DNA of 64,000 bases from Ruditapes philippinarum (taxonomy: Eukaryota): NCBI RefSeq assembly GCF_026571515.1, contig NW_026857197.1, positions 1-64,000 of the forward strand, written 5' to 3'. Positions 13,384 to 36,670 of this stretch are shown here, one piece after another. The notes under the pieces are model-generated. The model was given only the letters and a program-made list of their open reading frames with translations, did no database searches and was not told the DNA's origin. Position 1 is the stretch's first letter; the number at the start of each line of letters is the position of its first letter. Position numbers and translations under genes: made by a program.

Positions 13384-14505
13384 ATGGAGGGTAAAAGGAT
13401 ATTAAAAGTAGTGGGAATTCTTACGATTTTAGCTGGTGGAATGTTTTATCTCAGCTCAGGCAGAAGTTTCACCTTACCTCGAATAAACCTAACAAAAGAT
13501 CCTCTTGTTCTTGAAGAAAAGACTTCGCAAACTAAAAATTCGACTCTAGTCTATATGCCATTTACTTTGAAAAAGCAGACGACAAACGGCACCTTTACGC
13601 CATCATCGCCGTGGCGATGGGCAGTTATTTCTATTGCAGTGACGCCAAAAATGTCAAAAGGTTATATATTTTGCCTTCCATTAACAGTAGCTGCCTGGAA
13701 ACGCATTGGCTGGCATACGATGATAATTATTACTGGAGAAATTGAACAATGGAAAAATTCTTCTATTCTTAATATAGTGAAGCAGACGACTCTTGATATA
13801 GACAATACCGCGCGTTTTATTATGATGCCCGTTACACACAATCCAGTATCGTATGCCCAAGTGTCGAGATCGTTCGTGGTCGCATTCGCCGATTGGTTAA
13901 ATCCTGACGACATTGTTATGACGTCAGATATAGACATCGTACCGTTAAAAGGCGAGTTTTACGATAAAGTTCGTGGAAACGAAATTTTCATTTTGAATGC
14001 GGATTGCTGTGGTTCTTTTCGTTGGAAAGACAAAACGGTAAGAATGCAGCCAATGACGTCAATCGGAATGAGCGCACAAAATTGGATACAAGTGATGAAT
14101 CTAACACCTCTACCAGAAAATCAACCATATTTTGTCTATGTCAATTCCTGGCTACTTAAATACTATGGAAGAAACGTAACTACGAAAAACGTGGCGAAAG
14201 GCGTCAATGAAAATTGGTATCTTGACCAGCGTGTAGTCTCTATTCAACTCCACATGACAAACATAAAACAAAACAAATTACGTCGGCAAACGTTCAGAGA
14301 TAGAGTTGACCGGGCGTTCAGTGGCTCGTGGACGAACTTCAAGTCGCACGTGGACGCGCATGTGTACCTCGACCCTCTCACGGGCAATCATTGGGATAAA
14401 ACGTTGTCGCTTATTACAGATGTCTTTCCTGGGGATGTTGCTGACAAGTTAAAGCAATTTAAAGACGATTTTGTCAAAGCCTTTGACGCACATGGAATGA
14501 CATAG
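13384..14505 (+). CDS. Uncharacterised type-II membrane protein, putative GT-A fold glycosyltransferase (DxD)
   Basis: 373-aa single-exon ORF with an N-terminal signal-anchor (ILKVVGILTILAGGMFYL), a T/S/P-rich stem, hydrophobic strand plus DxD (IVMTSDIDIVP), a later WYLDQ motif and a C-terminal DAH. A splice acceptor TTTCAG at ~13258 suggests an upstream UTR exon. Confidence 0.8.
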   Translation: MEGKRILKVVGILTILAGGMFYLSSGRSFTLPRINLTKDPLVLEEKTSQTKNSTLVYMPFTLKKQTTNGTFTPSSPWRWAVISIAVTPKMSKGYIFCLPLTVAAWKRIGWHTMIIITGEIEQWKNSSILNIVKQTTLDIDNTARFIMMPVTHNPVSYAQVSRSFVVAFADWLNPDDIVMTSDIDIVPLKGEFYDKVRGNEIFILNADCCGSFRWKDKTVRMQPMTSIGMSAQNWIQVMNLTPLPENQPYFVYVNSWLLKYYGRNVTTKNVAKGVNENWYLDQRVVSIQLHMTNIKQNKLRRQTFRDRVDRAFSGSWTNFKSHVDAHVYLDPLTGNHWDKTLSLITDVFPGDVADKLKQFKDDFVKAFDAHGMT

Positions 14506-15585
14506 CTTATTAGTTTATATTGTTCAAAGTTATTTGTTTAGGGTATCTATGCATGTTTACATATATAGCGTGATTCTGTTCACTTTAGGGTTTGAAATTT
14601 TACACATGTACAGGTTCTTCTTTATACATTTACGTTTGAGAGAATGTCAATTATTTAAGCAGCCTACTTTCAGAGATGCTAATTTTATTATATCGAAATT
14701 TCATATGAAATGAAGTTTTTCATTTCAACAAAAAATTACAATCATGTTTACTTTGTAAATATGACCTGAAATAAACAATAAGTTTACAGCATTTAAAAAA
14801 AAGTTACTAGCCATTATACGACTAACAGTAAATACCATACGTCACAAAATGCTTCTGTCACGCCTATCGATCCGACGTTTGACGGAAAGGGCCGAAAAGT
14901 ATACTTCCCTTACCTGACAGTAAAACGAGCTAGGAAGACATGTAAATCTGTGCAGCCGTAGCTCTAGTACCGCCAAAATTTAAAATGGTCAGTCCCAAAA
15001 TTGTAAGCTGGACAAAATCAGATTAGAAATATGTTAAAAAATGTAACTTTAGTCGTCGAGTTTTTGCATTACATGTAGAAAGTTCCATTTGAGTTGGGAA
15101 TATGTTGTATCAATAAATTTTAGTTTCCTTACAGTACAATGTGAAACAGTTATCTTTTTGGTGTGTTCATTCAAATAGGAATATAAACAATGTACAACAA
15201 AAATATTTTCTTAAAATTTTATTTCCTGTCAGTTTATAGACGAACAAATAATTGAAAAATAAAATTTAATTATTGATACTATAACCTATTTTCCTATTAA
15301 TCATTTTTCTTTCCAATGTTGTACTGTTTTCTGAGATTCAATAAAATAATTATTAACTAAATAACAGTTGAGATGAGCTTTATTTGTGTTTTATTCGGAG
15401 GTACATATAAATGTGAACTTCTTAATAACTTTAATTGTAAGTTTTTGTTACATATATCATAAATGTTTCTTGTGGTAATTGATAGTGTATACTCTTTTAA
15501 TTGTATTTGTATTGTATTGATTTAACTATGATTAACTTCTGCCTCCAGTGGCAACTATTTTGTTCCAACAGAGACTGCCATCATA

Positions 15586-17208
15586 CTAGCTGATAGGTTT
15601 GTTCAAATCCTTCATAAGATTAGGTCTATAAACACGCAGACGACCATCTTTAAAGGCTACCCAAAGGTCACCTGACCGATCGATATTCAAAACGTACGCG
15701 TCTTTAAGGTTCTTAAACACTGCAGTTTGTAAGTATTTTCCTTCTTCACTGAAAATGTGCACATTTGGTGTTACATTGCCGTCAAGGATAAAGACGTGAC
15801 GTTGATTTGAACACGCGATTCCAGTCGGACGAAAAGGTCCACATTTTGACGAGGTCGTGACGTCACGATTTATAGCCCCTTTCCAAATACCATTACTATC
15901 TAAGATAGTGACATTTGAGATATCGTCTGAGAAGAAAATGTCCCCAATATAGTTCAAGGTCAAATGCCTTGCTCGGTAAACCATCTTTGGATCAGGATGA
16001 ATAAGTTCCATCAAAATTGAACCGTGCCTGTCATATTTCATTATCTTTCCGGCGTCATGAAAAGCGACATATATATCAGAGTTACCGTCCTTGGTTACGC
16101 AAATGGCACTCGGTGTCTCAGTGACAGAGAAACATTTCAAAAATTTCCCATGCATTGTAACAGAATTAACCGATTTCTGAGTTAAGTAAAACAGAAGGCC
16201 ATATTGATCATTTGAAATATCAATAATGTTGTCCCTAACGGTCATAATGGTGGTAAAATGAATATTACAGCGTCCTTTATTGTTTCGTCTGCTGTCTAGA
16301 GTATAAACGAGAATGTATTCACCAAATGAGGCGTACAGTTGTGAAGCAGACGACAAAGACACTTTTGCAAGCTCGTCATCAAATGCTTTTTTCGGAATGG
16401 CTAACCTGGTGTCAAACATTCTAGAATATATTACTGGTTCAATTATTTCGTGATCAAAGGACACGGTACAGTTTTTATCGTAAAGATTTTCTGTATGCAA
16501 CTGCACAGCACCAAATACCGGAACTGTTTCAAGTTTTATCGTTACTAGTATTTCTTCACGCGGCCATTTTGGCTCGTGCAACGTCTCGACACTTGTGCGT
16601 AGTGAATTAAAAATCAGCAGAAGTTCCGCGTGACAAGCTGAATCCAGCTGACCTTGAATAAGATGAAGACCCGTCTCAACATCAAACAGTTGCTCCTTTA
16701 GAAATGACAATTTCTCGTCCATTGTGTCATAATATCTTTTTGACCTGGCAATGAGTCCGCCTTCAAACTCTTCCTCCGATGTGAAGAGTTTGTCCCTGTG
16801 TTTACTGGCATAACTCTCGTAGCGTCTCCTCGCATTCTCCACACGGTCGTGTAACCTAGTTTTGCTCTCACATATTTCTATTATTATTGCCTTGATTCTG
16901 GGAATAACTAAGCTTTTTCGAGTGTCCAACATTTTCTGAATGATTTTCCGTTTGTATTTTGCCGCGCGAATCAACGCATTTCGCCCTTTAATTTCGGTGC
17001 TGTGACGCGCATGCGCAGTGGTTTTGCATTTTTCACAGACAGGCTTCTCACAGAAACAGCAGTACAGGTTCACATTGCATGTAGAATGGGTTGGACACTG
17101 GAAAGGTCGGTCATATACATCTTGAATGCCAATGTCTGTCTCGGCTCCATATGAATACTGTGATTTCTTAGATTTTGACGAGTTCAAGTTCCGTCTAACT
17201 CGCGCCAT
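15586..17208 (-). CDS. TRIM-like B-box/coiled-coil/NHL beta-propeller protein (RING-less)
   Basis: 540-aa intronless ORF. B-box2 CPTH..LYCCFCEKPVCEKCKTTAHARH, a coiled-coil region, and NHL-like repeats (PSAICV..DIYVA, GDIFFSD, FRPTGIACSNQRHVFILD, GDLWVA). Confidence 0.85.
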   Translation of the reverse strand: MARVRRNLNSSKSKKSQYSYGAETDIGIQDVYDRPFQCPTHSTCNVNLYCCFCEKPVCEKCKTTAHARHSTEIKGRNALIRAAKYKRKIIQKMLDTRKSLVIPRIKAIIIEICESKTRLHDRVENARRRYESYASKHRDKLFTSEEEFEGGLIARSKRYYDTMDEKLSFLKEQLFDVETGLHLIQGQLDSACHAELLLIFNSLRTSVETLHEPKWPREEILVTIKLETVPVFGAVQLHTENLYDKNCTVSFDHEIIEPVIYSRMFDTRLAIPKKAFDDELAKVSLSSASQLYASFGEYILVYTLDSRRNNKGRCNIHFTTIMTVRDNIIDISNDQYGLLFYLTQKSVNSVTMHGKFLKCFSVTETPSAICVTKDGNSDIYVAFHDAGKIMKYDRHGSILMELIHPDPKMVYRARHLTLNYIGDIFFSDDISNVTILDSNGIWKGAINRDVTTSSKCGPFRPTGIACSNQRHVFILDGNVTPNVHIFSEEGKYLQTAVFKNLKDAYVLNIDRSGDLWVAFKDGRLRVYRPNLMKDLNKPIS

Positions 17209-18251
17209 TTAATCAGATGTACAGCACGTGCTGAAGCTAGCGTTTCATTTCTATTTATATCAACAAAATACTGGATGACATATTCACTAATCCATTTGTA
17301 ATTGAATCAAATATTTTTTATTTAAATGTCTTTCCTTACTTGGAATTTTAGTTTCTTTTAGTTATTTTGACGTAATTGTGCCCATTGAAAACCCGCTTGA
17401 CAATTGTTAGATCCTTTTCACTTTGATTTTATCTTTCAAGACCGTTTTGTTTCTTTCCAACACAAAATATCTCAGTGAATTTGCCCTTTAGTTAAACCTT
17501 TTAAACTTACTATGATTTTGTTTCAAATATCATACTCAACTAGCGGCAAGTACTCGTGTCTAAATTTGCTTTTCATGTACAAAAATAAAACCGCAGACCG
17601 ATTGACATTGCTTTGATACGAATCAGTTAAATCCGCTGTTAAAATTCGACGTCAATCTTAGAAATTTGATATTTTTACATGCAATCAAGGTCAATCTATT
17701 TAGAATAGTTAATTGAAGGAATATAGAACGAGAAATTTCATACACTTTCTTTTTCATTCATAAAAATTCAGGGGAAATGGTCTGGTTCAATTTATATGAA
17801 CAATCATTGTAACAGATTAGAAATAAATGCTGCATAGCGTAAACAGTTACCCCCCTTCCAAAGAGTTGGTTTGTCCTCAAAGATCTGTATTTGCGTCCGT
17901 CTACGCATCCGTTCGTCTTGAGCTATACACAGCTAGAAATCGGTTTTGAGGTTTTTATTCAGATTTATGAAACTTTAGTACATGTTTCACACGATAAAGA
18001 AACACAGAATGTTCTTTTATTTTGGATCTACTTGATATTTCTTGAGCTGAACAAGGCAAATTTAAGCTACCGTAAGAGAATACATGTAGTTAAAATGTAT
18101 ATAATCTAACATCTGCATAAGGATTAATTTCCCCTTACATAGAATAAACAGGTGATGGATCCAGCTTGACAAAAGCTTTATTTGAAGCTAATAAATGTAA
18201 GTAATTTTCACGAACGTGCTTCGATAGGAATTTCATTCAATAAAAAATAAG

Positions 18252-19203
18252 AACAAGAAATATCGAACGACATATATACCCCCTTTCTCGCCCTTGACTC
18301 ATACTATTGGTAATTTTGTTATAGACATGTCATAAATGGGTACATGGAAGTGTTCAGTTATGGAAAAATAAAAATAATGGCCAATATATGACCTGAAACT
18401 GAATGAAAGCTATCAGAAGCTGCTATCATAAGCTAAGTTGGAGGGTAGCTGAAATAAAATATATATTATCATATAAATGTAATTGTGAGCATCTTCTGTG
18501 GACATTTTAACATTAAAGGTTATTGTGACCTTGACCATTGACCTAGTGACCTCAGGGTGTCATCAACTATAAATGATCAAATAAAATGTGAAACACAAAA
18601 ATTTGATAAAAGTAGTTTTGAAGATAATGAGACGAAATCATTCTGAGATTTAAGGTCCCTCTGACCGTGACCTTTGACCTAAAGACCCCAAAATTGATAG
18701 GGGTCATCTACTAGTTATGACCTATCAATATGTGAAATATAAAGACTTTTCAAACTTTTTCAAACTTCAGACTTTGTGACAAACAGTTTTCAAGATAATT
18801 AGCGGAAACCATTCTGAAATTTAAGGCCCCTTTGACCTTAACCTTTATACTAGTGACCCCAAAATCAATAGGGTCATCTACTACATATGACTAATCAACA
18901 TGTGAAATATGAAGACTTTGTGATAAAGGATTTTCAAGATAATAAACAGAAATTATTTTGATATTTAAGGTCCCTGTGACCTTGACCTTTGACCTAGTAA
19001 TCCTTCAATCAATAGAGGTCAGTAACTAGTTATGAGCAATCAATATGTGAAATATGAAGACTTTGTGATAAATAGTTTTTAAGATAATCAGCGGGGACCA
19101 TGTGGTCTACCGACGGACAGACAGACAGACCGAGCGACCGAAATTAGCAAAATATACCCCCTCTTCCCCTCTTCTTCGAAATGTGGGGGGGGGGGCATAA
19201 AAG
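18252..19203 (-). mobile_element. Helentron/HINE-like element with ~145-bp internal tandem units
   Basis: About 4 units of GACCTTGACCTTTGACCTAGTGACCCCAAAATCAATAGGGGTCATCTACT, a (GACA)n microsatellite at ~19112-19135 and a terminal stem CCCCTCTT..GGGGGGCATAAAA. Confidence 0.7.
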
Positions 19204-19860
19204 GTTATTTCCTGTATCCTCCCGGTATATCCAGAAACCCAGGACTGTGAATATAACGCAGGAATTGTGCATTATGACGCAGATTTGTGAACATCTATAC
19301 CCGAAACTAACACCATGGTAAGTAAATTAACCAATATATTATTAGTATATCAAATTAAAAGAAATTAACTAGGGCCTGTATACGGCTGCTTAGAACTAAA
19401 TTAGTAATAATCTATGGAAAGTGACTTTTCAATTATAATATCATTCATGATATTTACGACGTTGCTCTAAGAACTATGACACAAGGAAAACCCATGACCC
19501 TGGGACAGGGCCAGTCAACCCCGGGTAATTATTTGTACATTCTTGGTAGAGATCCGTAAGATGATGTTTCATGCCAGACATTTAACCTCTAGCACCTGCG
19601 TTTGTATTTTTACAATCATTATGATTATCAGGAAAACCTATAACCCCTACCACTGGGCAACTCGATGATGATCAGAAGGCCATGATTTCAGCAACCTTGT
19701 AAGGGTTGTCTATAGATGATGTATGGCAAATATCTAAACTTTAGCCTTAAGTGTTCAAATGTAGAGGTTTTGGAAGATTTTATCATATACTAGGAAAACC
19801 CTTGATGCATAGTTTGGCGTCAGGGCCATGCTCTGAACAATCTGAGAAACATAAGTTATT

Positions 19861-21267
19861 ATTAGTCGCCGGTAGAAACCGGCGACTATATTTGTAATAG
19901 TTTAATATTATACCTATGGTAGGAGAAGCCCTTAAAATCTGAAAATAAAAGCATATCAATCATTGAACAATTTAAAACAACAATTATTTTTCAGTAATCA
20001 CAAAAAATCAAACATATGATAACTTTGCTCAGTGGAATGAAATATGCACATGCATTGACGTCTTAAAAAGCAACATTACAATTTTCATAAAATGAATCAA
20101 TTACGTATCCCCAAGGATCAGTCCTTGAATATTAGAGATATTTTTACTTTTTTCTATGTGTCAAGCATTGCTATTTTATAATAAATAAATCATAAATGAT
20201 ATTTGAAATGACACTTTAGAATTATTTGGTTGTTTATTTTTTATGAGACCTTTTATATTACATTATTTTATCTAATTATAAACAAATGCTCCCTGGTCTT
20301 TCGTAAGAATCACGTGACTACATGTTTATATATGTTGTATATCGTTATAAAATCTATTAATAGTTACAGATTGCTGATAAGACAGGTAAAGTGTTAATGG
20401 TGGTAACTGATAAGATGTAAATCATTGTAATTTTGTACAGATAATTACATAAGTTATTTTTCATTAATCAGGTTCATACTTTATATCATAAGAGAAACCT
20501 GTTAACATTAAAAATACATTTTCAAAACCTTTTCCTTTCTTCTTGGTAAAGGGTTTAACTTGGCCCTTTCTGTCAAACATTCGACAAGAAAGTTCAATTG
20601 TTTAGTTTAGGTTGAACATCCCAAAATAATGTTATGCTTAAGAGGCATATTATTGAAATATATAATGGTAATCGTTGATTTCGGTATATTCAGTCGGTTT
20701 CCGTCACGCAGGTTTCCAAAACGGTATGACGTCAGGGGTCCGGAATCGTATTAGATACATAGAAACATCTTTGTGTTGATAGTTTATCGCACTGAAAGGC
20801 AATTAAACGTTAATTTTATATATCGTATGTAACGATTGGAATACGTGTATTGATTTCAACTAAATTATATATTTTTTCTATAGCACATAATAATGATGTA
20901 CAACACTTTTACAGTAAAACTGTATTGTTTCATGTAATACAAAAATGTAATTAAACATATATATTTTCATAGTCACTTTGCAAATATTCGATGATCGGTA
21001 ATTATTTGTTGGTAATTATCTGAATCTGAACTAGTAACCTATACGGATTTCAATGTATGGTACAACAGTATATGAATAAAGTATAATTACAAGAAGAATT
21101 ACCAGCATAGCACTTGCCTTACAAGCCTCAGTGGCAAACATTATTCAACTCATTGTTCCTTTTATTTTTATACTTGAACCATTAAACTTATATTTTCTTA
21201 TATTTATGATAATACAATCATTTTTCTATCCGGCGACTTGATGCTTTAGCATCAAAATCTCTACTTG
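19861..21267 (+). mobile_element. Helentron-type non-autonomous element (subterminal inverted repeats plus 3' hairpin)
   Basis: 5' ATTAGTCGCCGGTAGAAACCGGCGACT stem. The 3' CCGGCGACT (inverse of AGTCGCCGG) is followed by the hairpin TTGATGCTTTAGCATCAA and then CTTG. Confidence 0.6.
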
Positions 21268-21299
21268 TATTATTGGTACGCGTTTAACTTTTGAGGCAT

Positions 21300-21415
21300 G
21301 GAGGAGCACGTGACCTGTTTTCGGTACATGGGGGAGCATGTGATCTGTAAACCGTACATGATTGGTTAATTGACCTTTTCGGAAACCTGGATAAATACCG
21401 TTTGCCGGTACGTTA
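21300..21415 (+). promoter_or_regulatory. Candidate TTC38 promoter region
   Basis: E-box/CLEAR-like CACGTGAC (21307-21314) with a duplicated CATGTGAT, an inverted CCAAT (ATTGG), local CpG enrichment, a possible donor GCCG|GTACGT at ~21407 and acceptor TTTTTAACAG at ~21993 upstream of the ATG. Confidence 0.3.
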
Positions 21416-22039
21416 CGGATAATCCTCTAGGGAATAAGACACCTACATAATAATTATGAACAAAAAACTATTACGTGATATTTTTAATTTTCTATAATTA
21501 TGTTACCGTTTAAGGTGGAAAAACTTGAATGATGTGTTTGAAAATTATCAATGTTTCTTTAATATGTATCTCAAAATGTTACAAACAATAAACTGAAAAT
21601 CTACAAAATTAAAATATTCGTAGTGGCATCTGCCATCATAAATACTTGTGTGTTTACTTTATTATTTTTTTTGCTCGGAATTATTCATAAAATGGTAGGC
21701 CTATTTAATTATTTTCTTAAAAAAGAAATAATTGTTTTATGTTCGACCTTCTCCGGTCATCAACGGTCACCAGTTTCCAAAGACCTTCTTCTATATTAAT
21801 CGATTACTGTCAACTATATTCCTGATACAAACGTTTATCGTTTATTTTTATCAAGATAAACTCGCCCGGATTAAATTGTACTTTAAATGTTCTACTTTCA
21901 CCAGAGTGGAAACGTAGCAAGTAGTGCATGAAATACACCGGTCAAAACACTGTATTAACATCGAATAAGTCAACAACCTGTACTTTTTAACAGACGGTTG
22001 ATTAAATTTAAGTTAACTAGTTGTCGTGTGTGTGGAATA

Positions 22040-34758
<12,719 letters not shown>

Positions 34759-35382
34759 GGATGCATTTTTCTATCTATAAATAAACATTATATTGTATAT
34801 GCTGAATATTCATAAGTGAATATTGTTGAATATTCATAAGTAATTATATATGTTTTATAATATACTTGTTAATTAATGTTTCCATTAGACGGTTTATTCT
34901 GAATATTTATTATAATTTACATGTTCGTAAAGTGAATAAATAAAGAATGGACAGTTTCAATCATATATGTATATGATTATTTACGTTTAAAGTAAATAAT
35001 TAGTTTGTAGTTGTACTCAAGCATAATGTATTTCTTTAAGTGAATAATCAATTGAAGACTTCATTCATGTATAATATTTATATTAAAGAGATAAATTAAA
35101 TGGCAATTTGGCTCACATAATTATATACTTTTGTTGATATTAAAGGGAATAGTTAGTTGTCAAGTTCATTCATGTAAAATATTCATTTTAAAGGGAATTA
35201 TAATTAATTGGTGATTTGACTGACTCATGTCTAACAATGTCTAACCCGTGATTCACTTCCGGCGAGTTATTATTAATGAATTAGTTAGCCTGGTATTTCT
35301 TGTGATACTGGCACAATTTTACGTGACACAGAAGTTCAACACCATTTTCTGTAAAATATCAACATCACTTGTAATCATTAAT

Positions 35383-35619
35383 TGAGCCGCGTCATGACAA
35401 AACCAACATAGTGCGTTTGCGACCAGCATGGATCCAGACCAGCCTGCGCATCCGCGCAGTCTGATCAGGATCCATGCGGTTCGCTTACAAACCCTAATAC
35501 AAGTAGAGAAACTGACAGCGAACAGCATGTATCATGACCAGACTGCGCGGATGCGCAGGCTGGTCTGGATCCATGCTGGTCGCAAACCCACTATGTTGGT
35601 TTTGTCATGACACGGCTCA
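35383..35619. mobile_element. Palindromic ~237-bp MITE (TGAGCC...GGCTCA family), copy 2
   Basis: Near-perfect ~100-bp arms, homologous to 2543-2779. Confidence 0.88.
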
Positions 35620-36670
35620 ATTGTGTTTTTCCTCAGCTATAAGTATAAATAAATGTACTACTATTTGTAAAAAATAGATGTAAAAACTGTACTTAGACAA
35701 TGTACCTCACTTTTTCGACATTTTTATAAAATAAAAAATAGACAATCAAATAGTATAACAGACTTTGTCATTTTGTACAAACTGAAGCGTAAAGTTAAGA
35801 AAGTTAAGATACCGTAACGTCAACTCAGCTATATTTAATGGCTTATAAAGTAGCAATTTTGTAAATAGGTCGAAAACAACAAATTATTGTAAGTTGTTTA
35901 TCCTTGAATAGTTTCCGATTATTTTGAAATTCGCATTGTTTATTTAGTCTTTCTTTTGTGATTGCAGTTGTTTTTTGTTTGTTTTTTTTGCACACGGATT
36001 AATCTAATAATGATTTTACAGATAAACTTACTGTATTTAAGTTCCGTATCCGCTTGAATATGTAATACGTTAGAAAAAATACTGTTAAACAAGCGAGTTC
36101 CCCGTGGGACTGTCTATTTATCTCATGGGATTTGAATACTTTTTGTTTCTGTTTATTTTTAGTGTGTTTACTTGTACATAAAATGCGCACTTACATGTTT
36201 TTTTTTATATTAAAATTCTCCTCAAACCTTTGTCTTACTCCAGCATAGGGTTTTGCTCTGCAGAGATTGTATTTTACTATGATAAAGGTTATGTTACAAA
36301 TCGTTACTATAAGGCATTAATTTATATTAAATTCTTGCTAACAATTAGAAATTTACACTCTATACTTCAGGACATGACCCAGTGTTTTCATTGGTTGTAA
36401 TCCTCAAAACGCAAAAGATGTTAGATAACTGATAAAAATCAATTCTAGTATGATGTAAGTGGTTGTTGTTATTGAAAGGCGCAATTTTGACAAGTGCCCT
36501 CGACAATCCCTATTGCGGCGCTTTTCTCCAAGTAGACCTTTTATTCGTTAAACGGTTTCCGGTATCAATGCATCACGGTACAGACGAGCAGAAAAATTGA
36601 CAAATATAAATTATGGAAACATAAATTACTGTAAAGGGATTCCAGAGACAATTTGAGATTTATTTTTCAC

